From contig NC_134027.1 in assembly GCF_964204645.1 (NCBI RefSeq), positions 24,452,560 to 24,516,559 of the forward strand: 64,000 bases of DNA, read 5' to 3'. Numbering within the stretch: the first letter of the stretch is position 1; each line of letters opens with the position of its first letter. Positions 45,101-58,068 of the stretch are shown here, piece by piece. Both the position numbers and the translations under genes were made by a program. Source of the stretch: Tubulanus polymorphus. Taxonomy: Eukaryota; Animalia; Nemertea. The notes beneath the pieces are model-generated. The model was given only the letters and a program-made list of their open reading frames with translations. It made no database searches and was not told the origin of the DNA.

Positions 45101-48100
45101 TCAACTTGCAAGACCTGTCAACCTGTCAACTAAGCTAGGATGGCCGAATGGCTGACTGCCTTCACTTAAGCACCTGGCCAAGCAGGCTTAGATGCATTCG
45201 TATCTTGTTCCAAATTTTCTGCATGAGTGTTGAGTTTCAAGGTCATCTGTGTTCTTATGCATGTGCACCAGGGGGCTTTGAATTTTGAAACTGTCAGATT
45301 GTCAAACATTCACCGAATGGGCACAGTGTCACAGGACCCCGAGTTCAAATACCCAATTATAGAAGATCTGATATTTTTTCTAAAATTCCAGCTAATTTGC
45401 GGATGTTGCGAGGATACGAAATCAAACTACACTCTGACAGTCTTGATAAAACGCTCTGTAGAACGTTTCATTTCGGTAATGAGACCTGGGTGAGAGATGG
45501 CCGCGGGTTGCTGAATTATAGAGAAAAGGTCGTTATCTTCCCAATATATGGCATTCCAGACGCCAGAGCATTATTATGGTCTGATTATAAAATTGTTTAT
45601 GTACTTTGCAGATATTTACGTACGATTGCTTGCATAAACTTGATAGCGGGTTGAACTGGAAAGTTACTGTTACGAGTTTACCCATTTACAAGGAGGCTCC
45701 AAGACATGAACAGGAGACATCTTTAACGTTCCTTTCACTACCATCAGCTGGTATGTTTAAACTGACATTACATGTTTCATCTTTTGACCCAGTTGATACT
45801 ATTATATTTTATCAGTACTCTTTAAAAACTGTTCATTTGCACTTCACATGCGGTCAGGACTTCACCTGAGACATTTCTAATTGAAAATGAACTAAGAACA
45901 CCAGACATTAGACATTTTATCATCGCATTTTTGGTTAATAATGCGTAGTAAAAATTTTTGAAGATTCCTTAATTTAAAGTTTTAACCCTTTCTTTCGAAG
46001 AACCAATTTTAAAAGACTGCTAAACTTAACATTTTCACCGTTTGTTCAGAAGGTGGCAACCAGTGGTTTGAAGCAATTTAATGAAATACTCTTTAAAAGG
46101 AAATTGATTTTCATTCATTTTGTATGAGGCTTTTACAAAATGAATGAAAATCAGTGGATCTTTTGTGGCAAGATTTAAAAGAAAGGCTTTTTGTATCTAT
46201 CTGCAGGTGGTTCTCAAAGTATAAAGAGTTCCAGTCAGTGGTATACGTGGATCATTTTCAAAAGGCTCGAGCTCGAAGGTAAAATAACGGTGACGACCAA
46301 CCTCACGAACGACTACAATCTTCGCAAATTTAAGATCCGTTTATACGACACGGTAAACAACGAATCCGTTTTTAAGAAAGATGATCTTTTCAGCGTAAGT
46401 AAATCTGAAACTCTGTGACAATTGTATCGATATTTAGTTACGTTATTCTTTGAAAAAAATCTAGCCTTTGACTAAGTGAACTTTTGTTGGAAAGATACTT
46501 GTAACTTGGTCCAGTGTTGCAGTTCTCGGAAATTTGACATTCGGGCTAATAGTAGACTGAAGCATATCTCATGTCGACAAAGATCCAGTTGGATTGTAAG
46601 CAGTGAAGTCAGCAAATTTCAACATCAGGAACGCTATGAAATGAGTGCATTACGTATTGAGAGTGAGAGAAATGAGAGTATTTCGTCACAAAATGCTCAG
46701 TCAACAAACCATGCGATTCTCCAATGATTGTGTCGTAGTCGACCTGAGTGCGCTTCAGATCAAGAGATAAACAAATTGGCAATCAGCGATCACGTGCTGC
46801 TGCTGCTCTTACCTCCTGAACTAGACTTGAGATTTTAAATTGTCGAGTCGAGCTTCACCCGAACTACCGTGAAACTGAGTCCTTCATAACGAACAATCCC
46901 ACAATATGATGATGTCTTTAGTTTATCGATCATCAGTGGTTCCGAGATTTATCTAAATCACTGTTTCTCTGACGATGGGATTTTGTACAATCTCACAACT
47001 GTTAGAATCGTAAACTTGATGGTATCACATTCGCTCGTCAGTTATGCGATTGTTCATTATGTAATGGTTTCAAAGGTGCCTGAAACTCCATTGAAACTCT
47101 CAGTTTTGAAAAATATGCAATTTCGAAATTTAAAGTAGACTGAGCCTTTATTCTTTTTGCCCAATTAGACATTTACCAAATTAAGATTTTAGGTAGTGTT
47201 AAGGGTGAACATTTTCTAACAAAACCTCAGAATAACGGGTTTACCGAAAAACAGTACCGATGTTAAAATATTTTTGAATTGAAAAATTAATTTTGAATTG
47301 TTCTTTTCCCCTATGACTCCTTTTTAGTCGAATAAGTCAAAAGTAAGTTATTTGCATGTTTTTTAATATTTCTCTTATCAGAAAAATTTGACTGCGTCAT
47401 TTTTCTGCATTTTGCCTTTCAACTTATCTACATTTTATCGAGACTCTTGCATATTATTAACACATTTCAACCGTTTGTATATAATATGTACATCGTATGC
47501 TTCATTCTCTACGTAACTAACAAAACAGACAGCTACACACAATATTTAAGGAATATTTGTAAAAAACCTACTCTAGTCGATTCAAAGTTGTGATCAGATA
47601 ACTCGTTAAATTACCTAACTCATCTCTTCTTTTGTACCGATTTGTACTTTTGATTCGATTTAACTGATTAACTAAACGTTGATTCTTGACTTTATTTTCG
47701 AGAAATCGTTTTGAGTAGGTTTTTTATACACATTCCAATTATTCGTCTCACCTTCATTTTTTTGATGTAGTTCCGCATAAACTAAGCACTATGGATAGAA
47801 ATCATTATCATGGAATTTCAACCAAATATTTTTTAACTGAAAAAAAATAGCAGTAAAATCTGCTTGGATCCTATCAGACCGGGTGAAATTCTTTGAGAAA
47901 TTGGCAGCATTTAAAGATCACTACAATGTATATTCAACAAGCAGTTGCTGACTTTAAAGGTAGGTTTCGATTGGTCTCTACCATTTCTGGAATTCTCTAC
48001 TGGCGCATTCATTACATCCACAATATAATGCTATACTTGTTCTGGATTGGCATAATCTGTAAACCTCTGATAGAAGCGGCCGGTAGAGGTTTCATCATCC

Positions 48101-51100
48101 GGAACTGGACTGGATTACAATCAATCTAGACCTGCCTTACATTGGACAAGTAACAAAAAGTCTGGATTAGAAATAATAGATTCAGCAGGGACCAGTTGCG
48201 TAATACCAGTAGTTGGTAATACGTAGTTGGTAGTTGATAATTTACATGGTACCAGTCTGCTATGGTATTTTTAGGTATTCATCTTGGTCCAGGTGCACAG
48301 TTGTTGGTAAACTGACTATAAAGTCCGTTACTTCTAATTGCATTTCATTACTTTTTCTGCGGAGTCTAATAGTGTTGATAACAATGACAATGATGGTATC
48401 TATTTCATCAATTAAGAAATGCTGAAATACAAGAAACACAAGAAGATTAGAAAATTGATGATAGGCACCTGAACAGAGCCAATAAAGGCTCTACAATCAC
48501 TAGGACGTTCAGGCCCCTTGAAAGGTTTTAATGATAAGTAACGTTGATAATGGTAATGATGATAATGATAATAGTAATGATATTCTTAACCAAGAACTCT
48601 GCAACTGGGTCCAACTATTGAGCAACTGAGTCCTAAAACCTTGTTAAAATGGATTAAGCAGATTTTACTGTAGCTCTGCATTTGTGCACTTATTTGCTTT
48701 CTGGAGATGGTTCTATAGTTGGTCGTCGGTAACTTTTTATCAGCATTTTTGCCGGTCGCGATGATGATGCTGTTTGCTTTTTAGGATTTAGGGCACCGGA
48801 AAATCTGTAATGTATCCTAATAAATGTAGGATTTCGATGAAACGATTACCGATGTTTTTCAAAAATCTGAGATGATATTAAATCGTTTTCAATTTGGCCT
48901 CGTGTTTGCTCGGGTTCAACAGTCGTTAGTTAAGTTTGACTTAATACGAGTCAAACTCAACTCTCAACTGAAGAACTGGAACCAAGTGGAATCAGGGAAA
49001 GTTAGAGTTGGCCATGTCCGATATTCCAGCTTTGAAAATATTTTTGTATCACTATATGAATATGTGTAATTAACTACAATTTTTGTTTTTGTCAGGACGT
49101 CTTCAATATAACCAAAGTTTGTAGTGGTAATTACAAGATAATGGTGAGTATTAAGGATCCAGTTCCAGTAGTTTGACTAATGTAAAATTGGTTCATTTTC
49201 TAAGTTTTACTTCTTTAAAACCCTTTCGGTGCTGACTCATCCATATCTGAAAGTGCTGGAGATCTTTGTTCTTGAATCACTTGTTTTATTCAACCAATAT
49301 TTTTTTCTTCTTCGTCAGCTTGAACCGGTTGATCCGTACTGGAACGAACAGGGAAGCTGTTTGTGTAAGACGGAACGTTATACATGCCAAAGATGTTTAG
49401 TGACCGAGACGAAACCGTTTAAATTTGACAGCAGTGAGTGAATGTATTTTGTCTAATTTTGGCTGCAGCCTTGAATTGGGGCAGCTTTTCGATCGACAGT
49501 TTTGAAGTCCGGTAGCGAGAGTCGAGCCAGGAAAGTATGAATGAAACGCCGAGGTCTTGTTCAAGTTACTTTCACAGGGAGGAGAAAAATAAATACATAC
49601 ACTAGACTTCGGGGCAGTGGGACTTAGAATATCTCACCGGGTCCTTGACATTTTAGGGCGCCTTCAAAATTTAGGGGAGGGGTTGCCTAGATTCCCTTGG
49701 ATATTCTTAAAACTTGTATTTCAGAGTTTCGTTTGCTAAATATTCCCATAGAAATATTTCATAAAAGCATTTTCTGGAAAAGAAATTGCACGTATAAAAA
49801 TTGTAAATCGTGTTTTTATTTGAACGGATCATGCGATCAAACTTTTTTAGCTCGATGCTTTGACTTGATGATAGAGTGTTTACGTTTTTTATGGGGGGTT
49901 TTAGAATTGAAGTCGTGCAACAAAAAAGCGTCCACGACGGTGGCAGCGATCGCAACGACAACTGCAAACTCACAAATGACACCTACTCGACATCCGGCGG
50001 TACGAACAACGCAACAACCTGGAATCACTTCGAGTTGGTTGACGACCGTCTTAGTTCCGATAGCGATCGTCGTCCTTGTTGTGGTAACCTTGCTGATCGT
50101 GCTGCTGTTAATAAGAAAATCAAAATGTAAAGCCATTTATTATTTCTTAAACCCGCCTGCTCCTCGTAAGTATCATCTTTCTCTGATTACTGTTTACTCA
50201 GAAATAATGAGGTTCCCACCGTACTAAAAAATCCGGAAAACTCTGGGAAATATTTCTTCTGGCGATATCGATTTCCACTAATCAATGGAAGCCCCTTGAT
50301 GTCATACGAGATATTATATATGTTATTATTATTATTATGCATAATATGTCTAATTCCGACTTATTTTTTCAAATTTCGACATATTATGTCGAAATCAGAC
50401 ATAATAGTTTGAATTTCAACATGAAAATGACCCAAAATTTGTCTTAATTAATTCGAAATCCAACGTAATAAGTCAAAATTCGACATGAAAAGGAAACTCG
50501 AAATTCGACATAATAAAGTCGAATTTCGACTTAATTATGTCGAATTTCGGCAATGTGTTTGCTATTTGTGAGGCATAAACTAGTGATTTATTGAAGACCT
50601 TTCAAAAATACAATTTACTGATTGAAAAAATATTCATTTTATTCTTTAAAAAATTCCATGATTTCATATGAATGATGTTTTAACATTTCAGCACCAACTC
50701 CTGGTACTTGTCCGATCCCTCCTGATCCTGAACAAATTGAAGGTAAATTCTTCACATTGACTAAGTTTACAAAAGTTATGCGGCCAATTAGCAAAAACAA
50801 GGTATCATTATACTTTAGCCTTAACCTCATTTTCTTAACGCAGGCGATTCCAGTGCGACGAAAATTTTCGTTCTCTACGAATTCGGCCGCGACGAAGAAC
50901 ACCACGAAATCGTGTTGCTGTTCTGCCGTCTGCTGAGCGTGCACGGCGACGTCAAGGTTACGATGGCCGACAACGCGACGCTCGCGATCAACAAACGCGG
51001 CAACATCACGCAGTGGATCGTGAACGAGTTCGCGTCGGCCGACCGAATCGTGATCATCAACTCGCGACACTCGCGCGACTGTTACAATCGCTACTGTAGC

Positions 51101-52132
51101 GGCGCCGGCGCGGCGGAGCAAACGGATCGCTGTAACTCGAGCACGCGCACCTTGTTCGCGACCGCGATCGACCTGCTCGAGAAAGAATACGAGATCAACA
51201 AGTCGAAGTTGGTGAACGCGTATTTCGCGTACGACGACCCGGCGACCTGTTTGATACCGAAGTTCCGAACGGGCGTCGAACACCTGCTGATGTTCGATCT
51301 GGAGAAGTTCTATTTGCACCTACACGGCCGCAATGTCCTCGACGACGATTGGCTGGTAAACAACGTCAGGAAGTTCAACTGCGACGAGTTCACCGATTTC
51401 CCCGAAGGGCTGCAGCTCGCGCAGCGCATCGCTGCTAAATACGACAAAAAAGACAGCGGTTTCTCGCTTGACAGCGGAATCAACCCGCGCCTGTTCCCCG
51501 ACGTTGGAATGTTTTCCCGTCAATCATCCGTTCAACCTGACTTGCCATTGGCGGTTCTTCCAGGTAAAAAGTTCAAGCTCTTTTACGCTTTTTCAGTCAC
51601 AGTTTTAATTCCCAGTAATCGCTAACTGGTGTCAGTTGTTAGATTGTTTAAAGAACCAAAATAAGCTTTAAACTGATCTTAAGTTATTAGATTGGTTATA
51701 GAACCATAATTAGCTGAGACTGGTATAAGTTGTTAGTTTTATTAAACAACCAAAATGAGTTTAAACTGTTCTTAAGTTGTTATATTGGTTATAGAACCAT
51801 AATGTGCTTGGACTGGTCTTAAATTGTTCGATTGCTTAGGTGGTTGGATTGGTTATAGAACAAAATGAGCTTAGACTATAGCCTTTAAGTTGCTAGATTG
51901 CTTAGACTGTTCCGAACGTCCAGCGCCACAATTAGATATTTTTTTGGAAATTCAAGATTCATGCACATGTAGGAAATGAACTTCTGATAGTTCAAATCTT
52001 CTGAATTTTACAGATTCGATTGATCACGAATGCAACACGAGCCTACATGATGATTCATCGGAATGCATCGATCTACTTTCGCTTGTTTACGACACCGAAC
52101 CGAAACTACCGATGAACGGAATTAGTGTATGA
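42133..52132 (+). CDS. IL17R: Interleukin-17 receptor-like SEFIR-domain type I membrane protein, copy B (13 exons, about 717 aa)
   Basis: Exons 42133-42300, 43106-43142, 44027-44182, 45392-45528, 45612-45750, 46207-46394, 47328-47342, 49096-49143, 49319-49433, 49905-50165, 50692-50742, 50844-51563, 52014-52132; total 2154 nt, open; exon length differences from copy A are all multiples of 3; same domain order. Confidence 0.88.
42447..42610. mobile_element. MITE with 3-bp TSD (Harbinger/Zator-like) in intron 1 of gene B
   Basis: TAC|TGGGTCATTCATTTATTACGTA...TACGTAATAAATGACTGATCCC|TAC; absent from copy A. Confidence 0.75.
43683..43842. mobile_element. hAT-like MITE with 5-bp TSD
   Basis: AGGGG|CAGTGTTTTCAATAAGA...TCTTATTGAAAACACTG|AGGGG; empty site in copy A at about 24858. 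Confidence 0.9.
47328..47342 (+). CDS. 15-nt microexon (SNKSK) of IL-17R-like gene B
   Basis: tttttag|TCGAATAAGTCAAAA|gtaagt; identical to 28592-28606. Confidence 0.7.
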
Positions 52133-52878
52133 ACTGCTGAGATCTTTAAGAAAAAAACTACGCCACTTAACGTTGTCAGAACTGCTGCTGAATGTTCTTA
52201 CAAATTTTCTATGTATTAGAAATGCTAACTTTATTTGTTTCGTTGTTAACAGAGCTGCCAACTGTTCCTGATTTTCAGTATTTTCCTTCTATTTTGTATA
52301 GGTTTAAATTCTTCGACGCGTACAGAAATTTGGAGGATCTTTCTGATGGTCATACTGTTGATTACTGATCAATTTGAACATTTTCTTTCATATTTCAACG
52401 AATTCTTACCGAAAAATATACGATATGTTACTGATAGCATTTTCAGAAGTTGGCAGCCCTGCGATAAACGGACATGTAAAAATTGTCATAGAGGGTCTTG
52501 ATATATTAGAATTGATTGATTTAGAAAAACAGAAATTGGAAAGCTTACGAAACCAGTCGGGTGGACCACCAAAAGTTTGAAAACGTGGCAGCTGAATCTC
52601 TCTTGATGACATCAGGTTCACTGTCAGGGATTGATGGGTTTACTTAAGGCAGAGTATTTTTGTCTTGCAGTATGCCAGGTTTATATAATCCCTACCAGGT
52701 AGGATTTACCCATGCGAGAACTCGGAGAAAGCTGTAGATAATATATCTTTTAACACGTATTATATAATAATATCATTCATATGCACATATAATGTAACCT
52801 ATTATACTGCTGATTTTGAAAATGTTCCAATGAAAGTTGTAAATTTCTTTTTCATGATCGAGGTAAAATTGCAAGCAA

Positions 52879-53302
52879 GGCTGAAAAAGTTTATACGTTA
52901 TTTTTCCTTTATGCTGAGCTTGAAAGTTAGCCCTGTAGGCCTACGTAATTTTTTGAAAAATCATGATCGGGCTAACAATAGCAGACCTGGCACCTATAGG
53001 AATGAATTGATGACAATTCCTATTACAGTTTACCTAAGGCTAAAAAAATTGATACCTTGTTTCTCCGCTCTACCGAGCTTAAATGTTGACCCGGCCGGCC
53101 GCCTATCTACCCTATACATTACATTTTTAAAATCGTGATCAATTTTACCATAACAGACCCGGTCGCTATAGAAATGAACTGTTTATAGATTTTATCATAT
53201 TTAACAAAAATGACCCGGCCGCTGTGGAGAAACAAGGTATCATTTTTGTTTAGCCTAAGCGACCCGGCCGATTAGGAGAAACGAGGTATCATTGTTTTAG
53301 CC
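52879..53302. mobile_element. Nested PIF/Harbinger-like MITEs (young copy 53038-53255 inside an older relative)
   Basis: Inner element TAA|GGCT...AGCC|TAA; outer element starts GGCTGAAAAAG at 52879 and ends TTTTAGCC|TAA at 53302. Confidence 0.8.
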
Positions 53303-54064
53303 TAATCGATAGGTGTTTCCAATAAATGGGGCAGGAAATCTCAACGATGTGTGAATAGGTAATCGGCATAAATAGGTAATGATAAAAGGTCCATAGCGTT
53401 GGGGGTTCGGCAAAAACATTCAGTTTCACTACGGCAACTGTTACAGCATAATACGTATGAATTGAATCTTTTCGACCTCCGTTGAGCTGAGCGACCAAAA
53501 CCGAGCCATCGAATTTAGATATTTTTCCAGACCCCTGTACTGTTCCGATCAAATTAAAAATTAACCCTCCGCTCGAAAGCATGGACTACATGTAGTGTCT
53601 TTCACGAAAGTGGATGAAAGTGTTGTCCCACTGTTTTGAGTCGGCCGCCGGTTACTGTCATTTACAATATTTGTAGATTTATTTTTTTCCCTTTTTCGAG
53701 TTGTTTAACTTACTTAAATCATGTCGTGCACGTTCATATAATTAAATGAAAAAAAGAAATCAAAAGAGGCAAGCAACCATGACACTTCTGATTTTCCGTC
53801 TGAAGGTCATAGTATTAACATCCGATTTAATCCAGAGAGAAAATTTTAAATGACAATTTATGTGTGAATAATGAAGATTATATACATTGGTAAATCTATT
53901 TACTTTATATAACGCTGATTTTAATCGTAATCGGGAATTATTTATCAATAAAAAAGAGTTTTGTAAACGTCGTGTTAATCGCGAATTTTAAAAGTCGTTT
54001 TTAGGAAGGTATACATAGCCTACAACAGAGTCGGGATTTCGTCCAAGGCTAGAGTAGAGTTGCA

Positions 54065-54615
54065 CCGTTGTGTGGGTTTATGATTTCACTCGGGATAGAC
54101 ATACGTGGTGATCCAATTCCACAGTTGTGTGAGTTTGATTTGACTCTGGATTCAGTTCCACAGTTGTGTGAGTTTGATTTGACTCTGGATTCAGTTCCAC
54201 AGTTGTGTGAGTTTTATTTGACTCTGGATCCAATTCCACAGTTGTGTGAGTTTTATTTGACTCTGGATCCAATTCCACAGTTGTGTGAGTTTTATTTGAC
54301 TCTGGATCCAGTTCCACAGTTGTGTGAGTTTTATTTGACTCTGGATTCAGTTCCACAGTTGTGTGAATTTGATTTGACTCTGGATCCAGTTCCACAGTTG
54401 TGTGAGTTTTATTTGACTCTGGATTCAGTTCCGCAGTTGTGTGAGTTTAATTTGACTCTGGATACAATTCCACAGTTGTGTGAGTTTAATTTGACTCTGG
54501 ATTCAGTTCCACAGTAGTGTGGGTTTAATTTGACTCTGGATCCAATTCCACAGTAGTGTGGGTTTAATTTGACTCTGAATCCAGTTCCGCTGTTGCTTTA
54601 ATATGACTCTGAACT
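54065..54615. repeat. 39-bp minisatellite, about 13 units
   Basis: Same unit; produces the spurious [16 protein letters not shown]. Confidence 0.95.
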
Positions 54616-55824
54616 CAAGATCAGTAGCTGGCTTACAGTTGTGCTGGTTCACATTCTTTCACAGAAGGCAAGTTATTGACTCGTTGAAAAAGGAGATAAG
54701 ATATTTCTGACACGAAACGTTATCATCGTACGATAGCGCAAATAATAAAAAGAAACGACTGGCACAAGATGATTTATTCCAAAGCTGAAATAAGAAAGTC
54801 CAGAAGCAAATTGTAAGAAGTTTCATAGCGATTGAAAAGGAATTGATGATAGAATTTATAGAAAATTGGTTAAAATACATGAATACGCGTGTATTGCAAG
54901 TTGGGGGGAGGAGAGTAAACCTGGCGTCGTATCGGTAAACACGATGTGCAGATATAGTACTTCGAAGGTAAACATGATTTGCTTGTTTAGATATGTTTAG
55001 TAGCTTTATCAGGTAACGTAACTACCCGGATGCGGCACAGTAGCGATCAATACCACGTTCTTTTAATCTAATCAAGTCTACATTCAAAGTGCAGAGCACT
55101 ATTCGTCTTCATGTTTGAAAACGCAATATGTATTCTAATATCGTTTCACCAGGCCTTTATCAATTAACATATCTTCATATACCTTTAAAGAAATTACATT
55201 AATGCCTCGGTCCTTGCTTCACAATTTGTGGCTTTCCGATATACTGTATTCGGTTTTTATCATGTATGAATATTATTACATAGAAACGTGTTGCAATAAG
55301 AAAATATATACGCATAAACTTAGATAGTTTTACTGGGGGTGGATCAGCAGACTGGTTAACAGCAGACGTGCAGTGAACAACGATCGTTTATGCTGCTTAC
55401 CTTTCGAAAATTTGGGGCAGTTGCTCAAAGGTTTCTTCAGGCTAACTGGTGGACACAATGCGAAATTGCATCGTTACCCATGTATTTGTCCAGCCCCCCC
55501 CCCCACGCGCATGACGCAGAGAAACATGGAAATAGGCTACAGAAACATGTTTCGGAGCGTTTCTTTGAATTGTGTGCGAGAAACAAGAAGCACAGTTTCG
55601 AGAAACAGTGTTTATTCCGAGATCGAACATGATTCCGCGTTTCTGTTGTTTCCTGTGTCGTGTGCGTTGGGCTTAAAAGCAACTGGCCAAACATACACCG
55701 TCAAATACAAGGGTTACACATTTTCAATGATTCTGTCGCTATGAACAGAACAAAAAGGAAATTCATTTTCTCAATTTTATCTTCACAGTCTGGACCACCG
55801 CTCCGATTTTTGAAATTTGAATTC

Positions 55825-58068
55825 TTAACTGCCGCTGATGGTCATTTCGTACGAGTTGCTTTTCATCTGTTCTCCCGACAGATCCGGGTTGTAGTCCTCT
55901 AGTTTCAGCCAGTTCCTGAACTTGTCCATGCAGGCGTTAGCCGCAAACGCGAACTCGTACAATAGAGCCGCCATCACAGCCCCTAATGCCGGTCCGACCC
56001 AGTAGATCTAGAAAAGGGAATCGCCAAATTATTCAGATGTACATGTTACACACATGCGGGTATACCAAACTGCCGTCAGACATGGGATTATTATTAAATC
56101 AACAGCTTAATCTCCCGTTTCAAAAACTTTTCTATCGAATGGACTGAAACACTCTAGTCATTGGACAATTTAGCAACTTTCAAAAACTGATCACCCACTT
56201 CATGTATTCAGAACTACACCTAAGACATATCTAAAACGAATTACAAACACCAGTAATTAAACATTTTATCAGCACATTTTATGAACTGATCGTCCACACT
56301 TCACACGTGTTCAGGACTTCACCCGAGACATTTTTAATTGAAAATGAACTAGAAACACCATGCATTAGACACACGTAGAAAACCTGATCTTTGTCATCTG
56401 CTTGAGATGTGAGAAATCTTGGATAAATTGTGTGGAAACATTGCGTGTAGAGTTTCAGCGTTCGTTCTACTCATCTCATCCTCCTTCGACAGGGATTCGA
56501 ACCTGATGGCATCGCTACACTCAGCCACGGCACGAACCGTGACAATTTCGATGCCATCAGGTTCGAATCCCTGCCGGGGGAGGATGTACTTATATTCATT
56601 GGAAAATATAGGAACGATTGTATCTCGGAAATGATGAACAACATAGAACATGAGTATAGATCAGTTAAGTTCAGTCGATCGTATCGTAGTTCGGCGGTTT
56701 GGCCCGGATTTCGGCTAGTGAGAACCTCTTTAGATAACGTTGTTTTTTATCAAGAAATCGATTGGCGACACATTATACACTTTATTCGTGTTTGTAGTTC
56801 ATGGTCAACGAACGACAAGCGAAACGCACTCGCTCGTCAATATCACGAGATCAGGTGAAGACGATCTTTTGATCACGTTAGAACCCTCTTCTAGAACCTT
56901 TTTAAAACCCTCATGTCTGCCAGTACGGTCGAAGGAAAAAGACTTGCACGTGTACCTAGTGCCCACTGCATGCGTTCTTTTTCATCATATCAAAAAACAC
57001 TTTTTTTCTGAAAATGTTTCTTTTCCTTGACGTTTGCATCGGGCTTAAATTGGTTATCTGGTACATTGTGAGTATTGTGCCCCAATCTCTGGTTGAATTA
57101 GAACCGCTGTTCAATGTACCCTTTCCCCATTGTTTTTGTTCATCTATATTCACCCCTGTTATGCTCACCTCTTCCGTATTTGAAGCACCTCGTGCGTACA
57201 CCCGCTCCCCCAGATACGTTCATAAAAAACCTTACGTACATCCACCCATATACTACCGAATGTATACATACCCAATGATGCGTCCAAATCTGACTTGCCA
57301 CCACAGATCCCAGCGATCGAGCAGGATTCATACTTGCTCCAGTGAATGGAATCTAAATGTGCAGATATTCAAATAAACCACCAGAAATGAAAATAAGAAA
57401 CTACAAACTGTTTACAGCAGTGTGAAATTAAAAAAAAATGAAGAACATAGTATACGTGTTTTCAAAACCCATTGTTTGTCGTTTGCCCGCATACTTACAC
57501 CAGCAAGATGCCCTATGAAAACTGCGATCCCGATTGCCAGTGGAGCCGAGCCTTTCAAGTCCGTTCTTTGATTATCGGTGGCCGCGAAAATCGTCGATAC
57601 CAACGAAAACGTCAAGATGACCTCGTAGAAAACTCCAGCCGCGTCGGTGATCTGTCCAGCCGGTAAATTCGTGCCCCAAGCTCCACCGACTACAGCCGGA
57701 GTCATCGCTTTCAAGATTTGCACGCCCACGATCGCTCCGACGCTTTGCGCGGCGGCGTAGAAAACGAATCTGACTAGACTGATTTTTCGCGCTACGAGCA
57801 TCGCCAGCGAAACGGCCGGGTTGATGTGTCCACCGCTTAAACCGGCCGTGATCCAAACCATCGTCGCGATGCCGAACCCGAACGCGGCCGCTACACCCAT
57901 CCGATCATTCTGTAACACGGTCGGGCCCCACGAAAACGTGGCGCTAACGCCGATAAACAAAAACACCGCCGTAGCCACGAATTCGGCCAGAACCGCCGCG
58001 TAGAATTTCACATCTTTCAGATCTGTTAGACTGCTTCTAAGACGAGCCCTGTCGGTGCAATCTCCCAT
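55825..58068 (-). CDS. AQP: Classical (AQP4-like) aquaporin 1 of cluster, 3 exons, about 277 aa
   Basis: Exons 57499-58068, 57272-57352, 55825-56007. [30 protein letters not shown]; ar/R filter F-H-A-R. Confidence 0.96.
56477..56586. mobile_element. CATCC...GGATG MITE, internally deleted (TIRs only)
   Basis: Flanks TACTCATCT / TACTTATAT; two TIRs nearly abutting; in intron 2 of the first aquaporin. Confidence 0.8.

Larger units (their letters stand above)
38275..54980 (+). repeat. Tandem segmental duplication, copy B (contains IL-17R-like gene B)
   Basis: Same orientation as copy A, shorter owing to different insertions/deletions (e.g. intron 8 is 2168 bp in A, 175 bp in B). Confidence 0.9.

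Noticed and set aside
54068-54517. ORFs with 13-aa repeats (also 63473-63898, 37198-37398) and the repeat ORF at 22671-22892
   Set aside because: Open frames through minisatellites; no splice context, one lies in an aquaporin intron.
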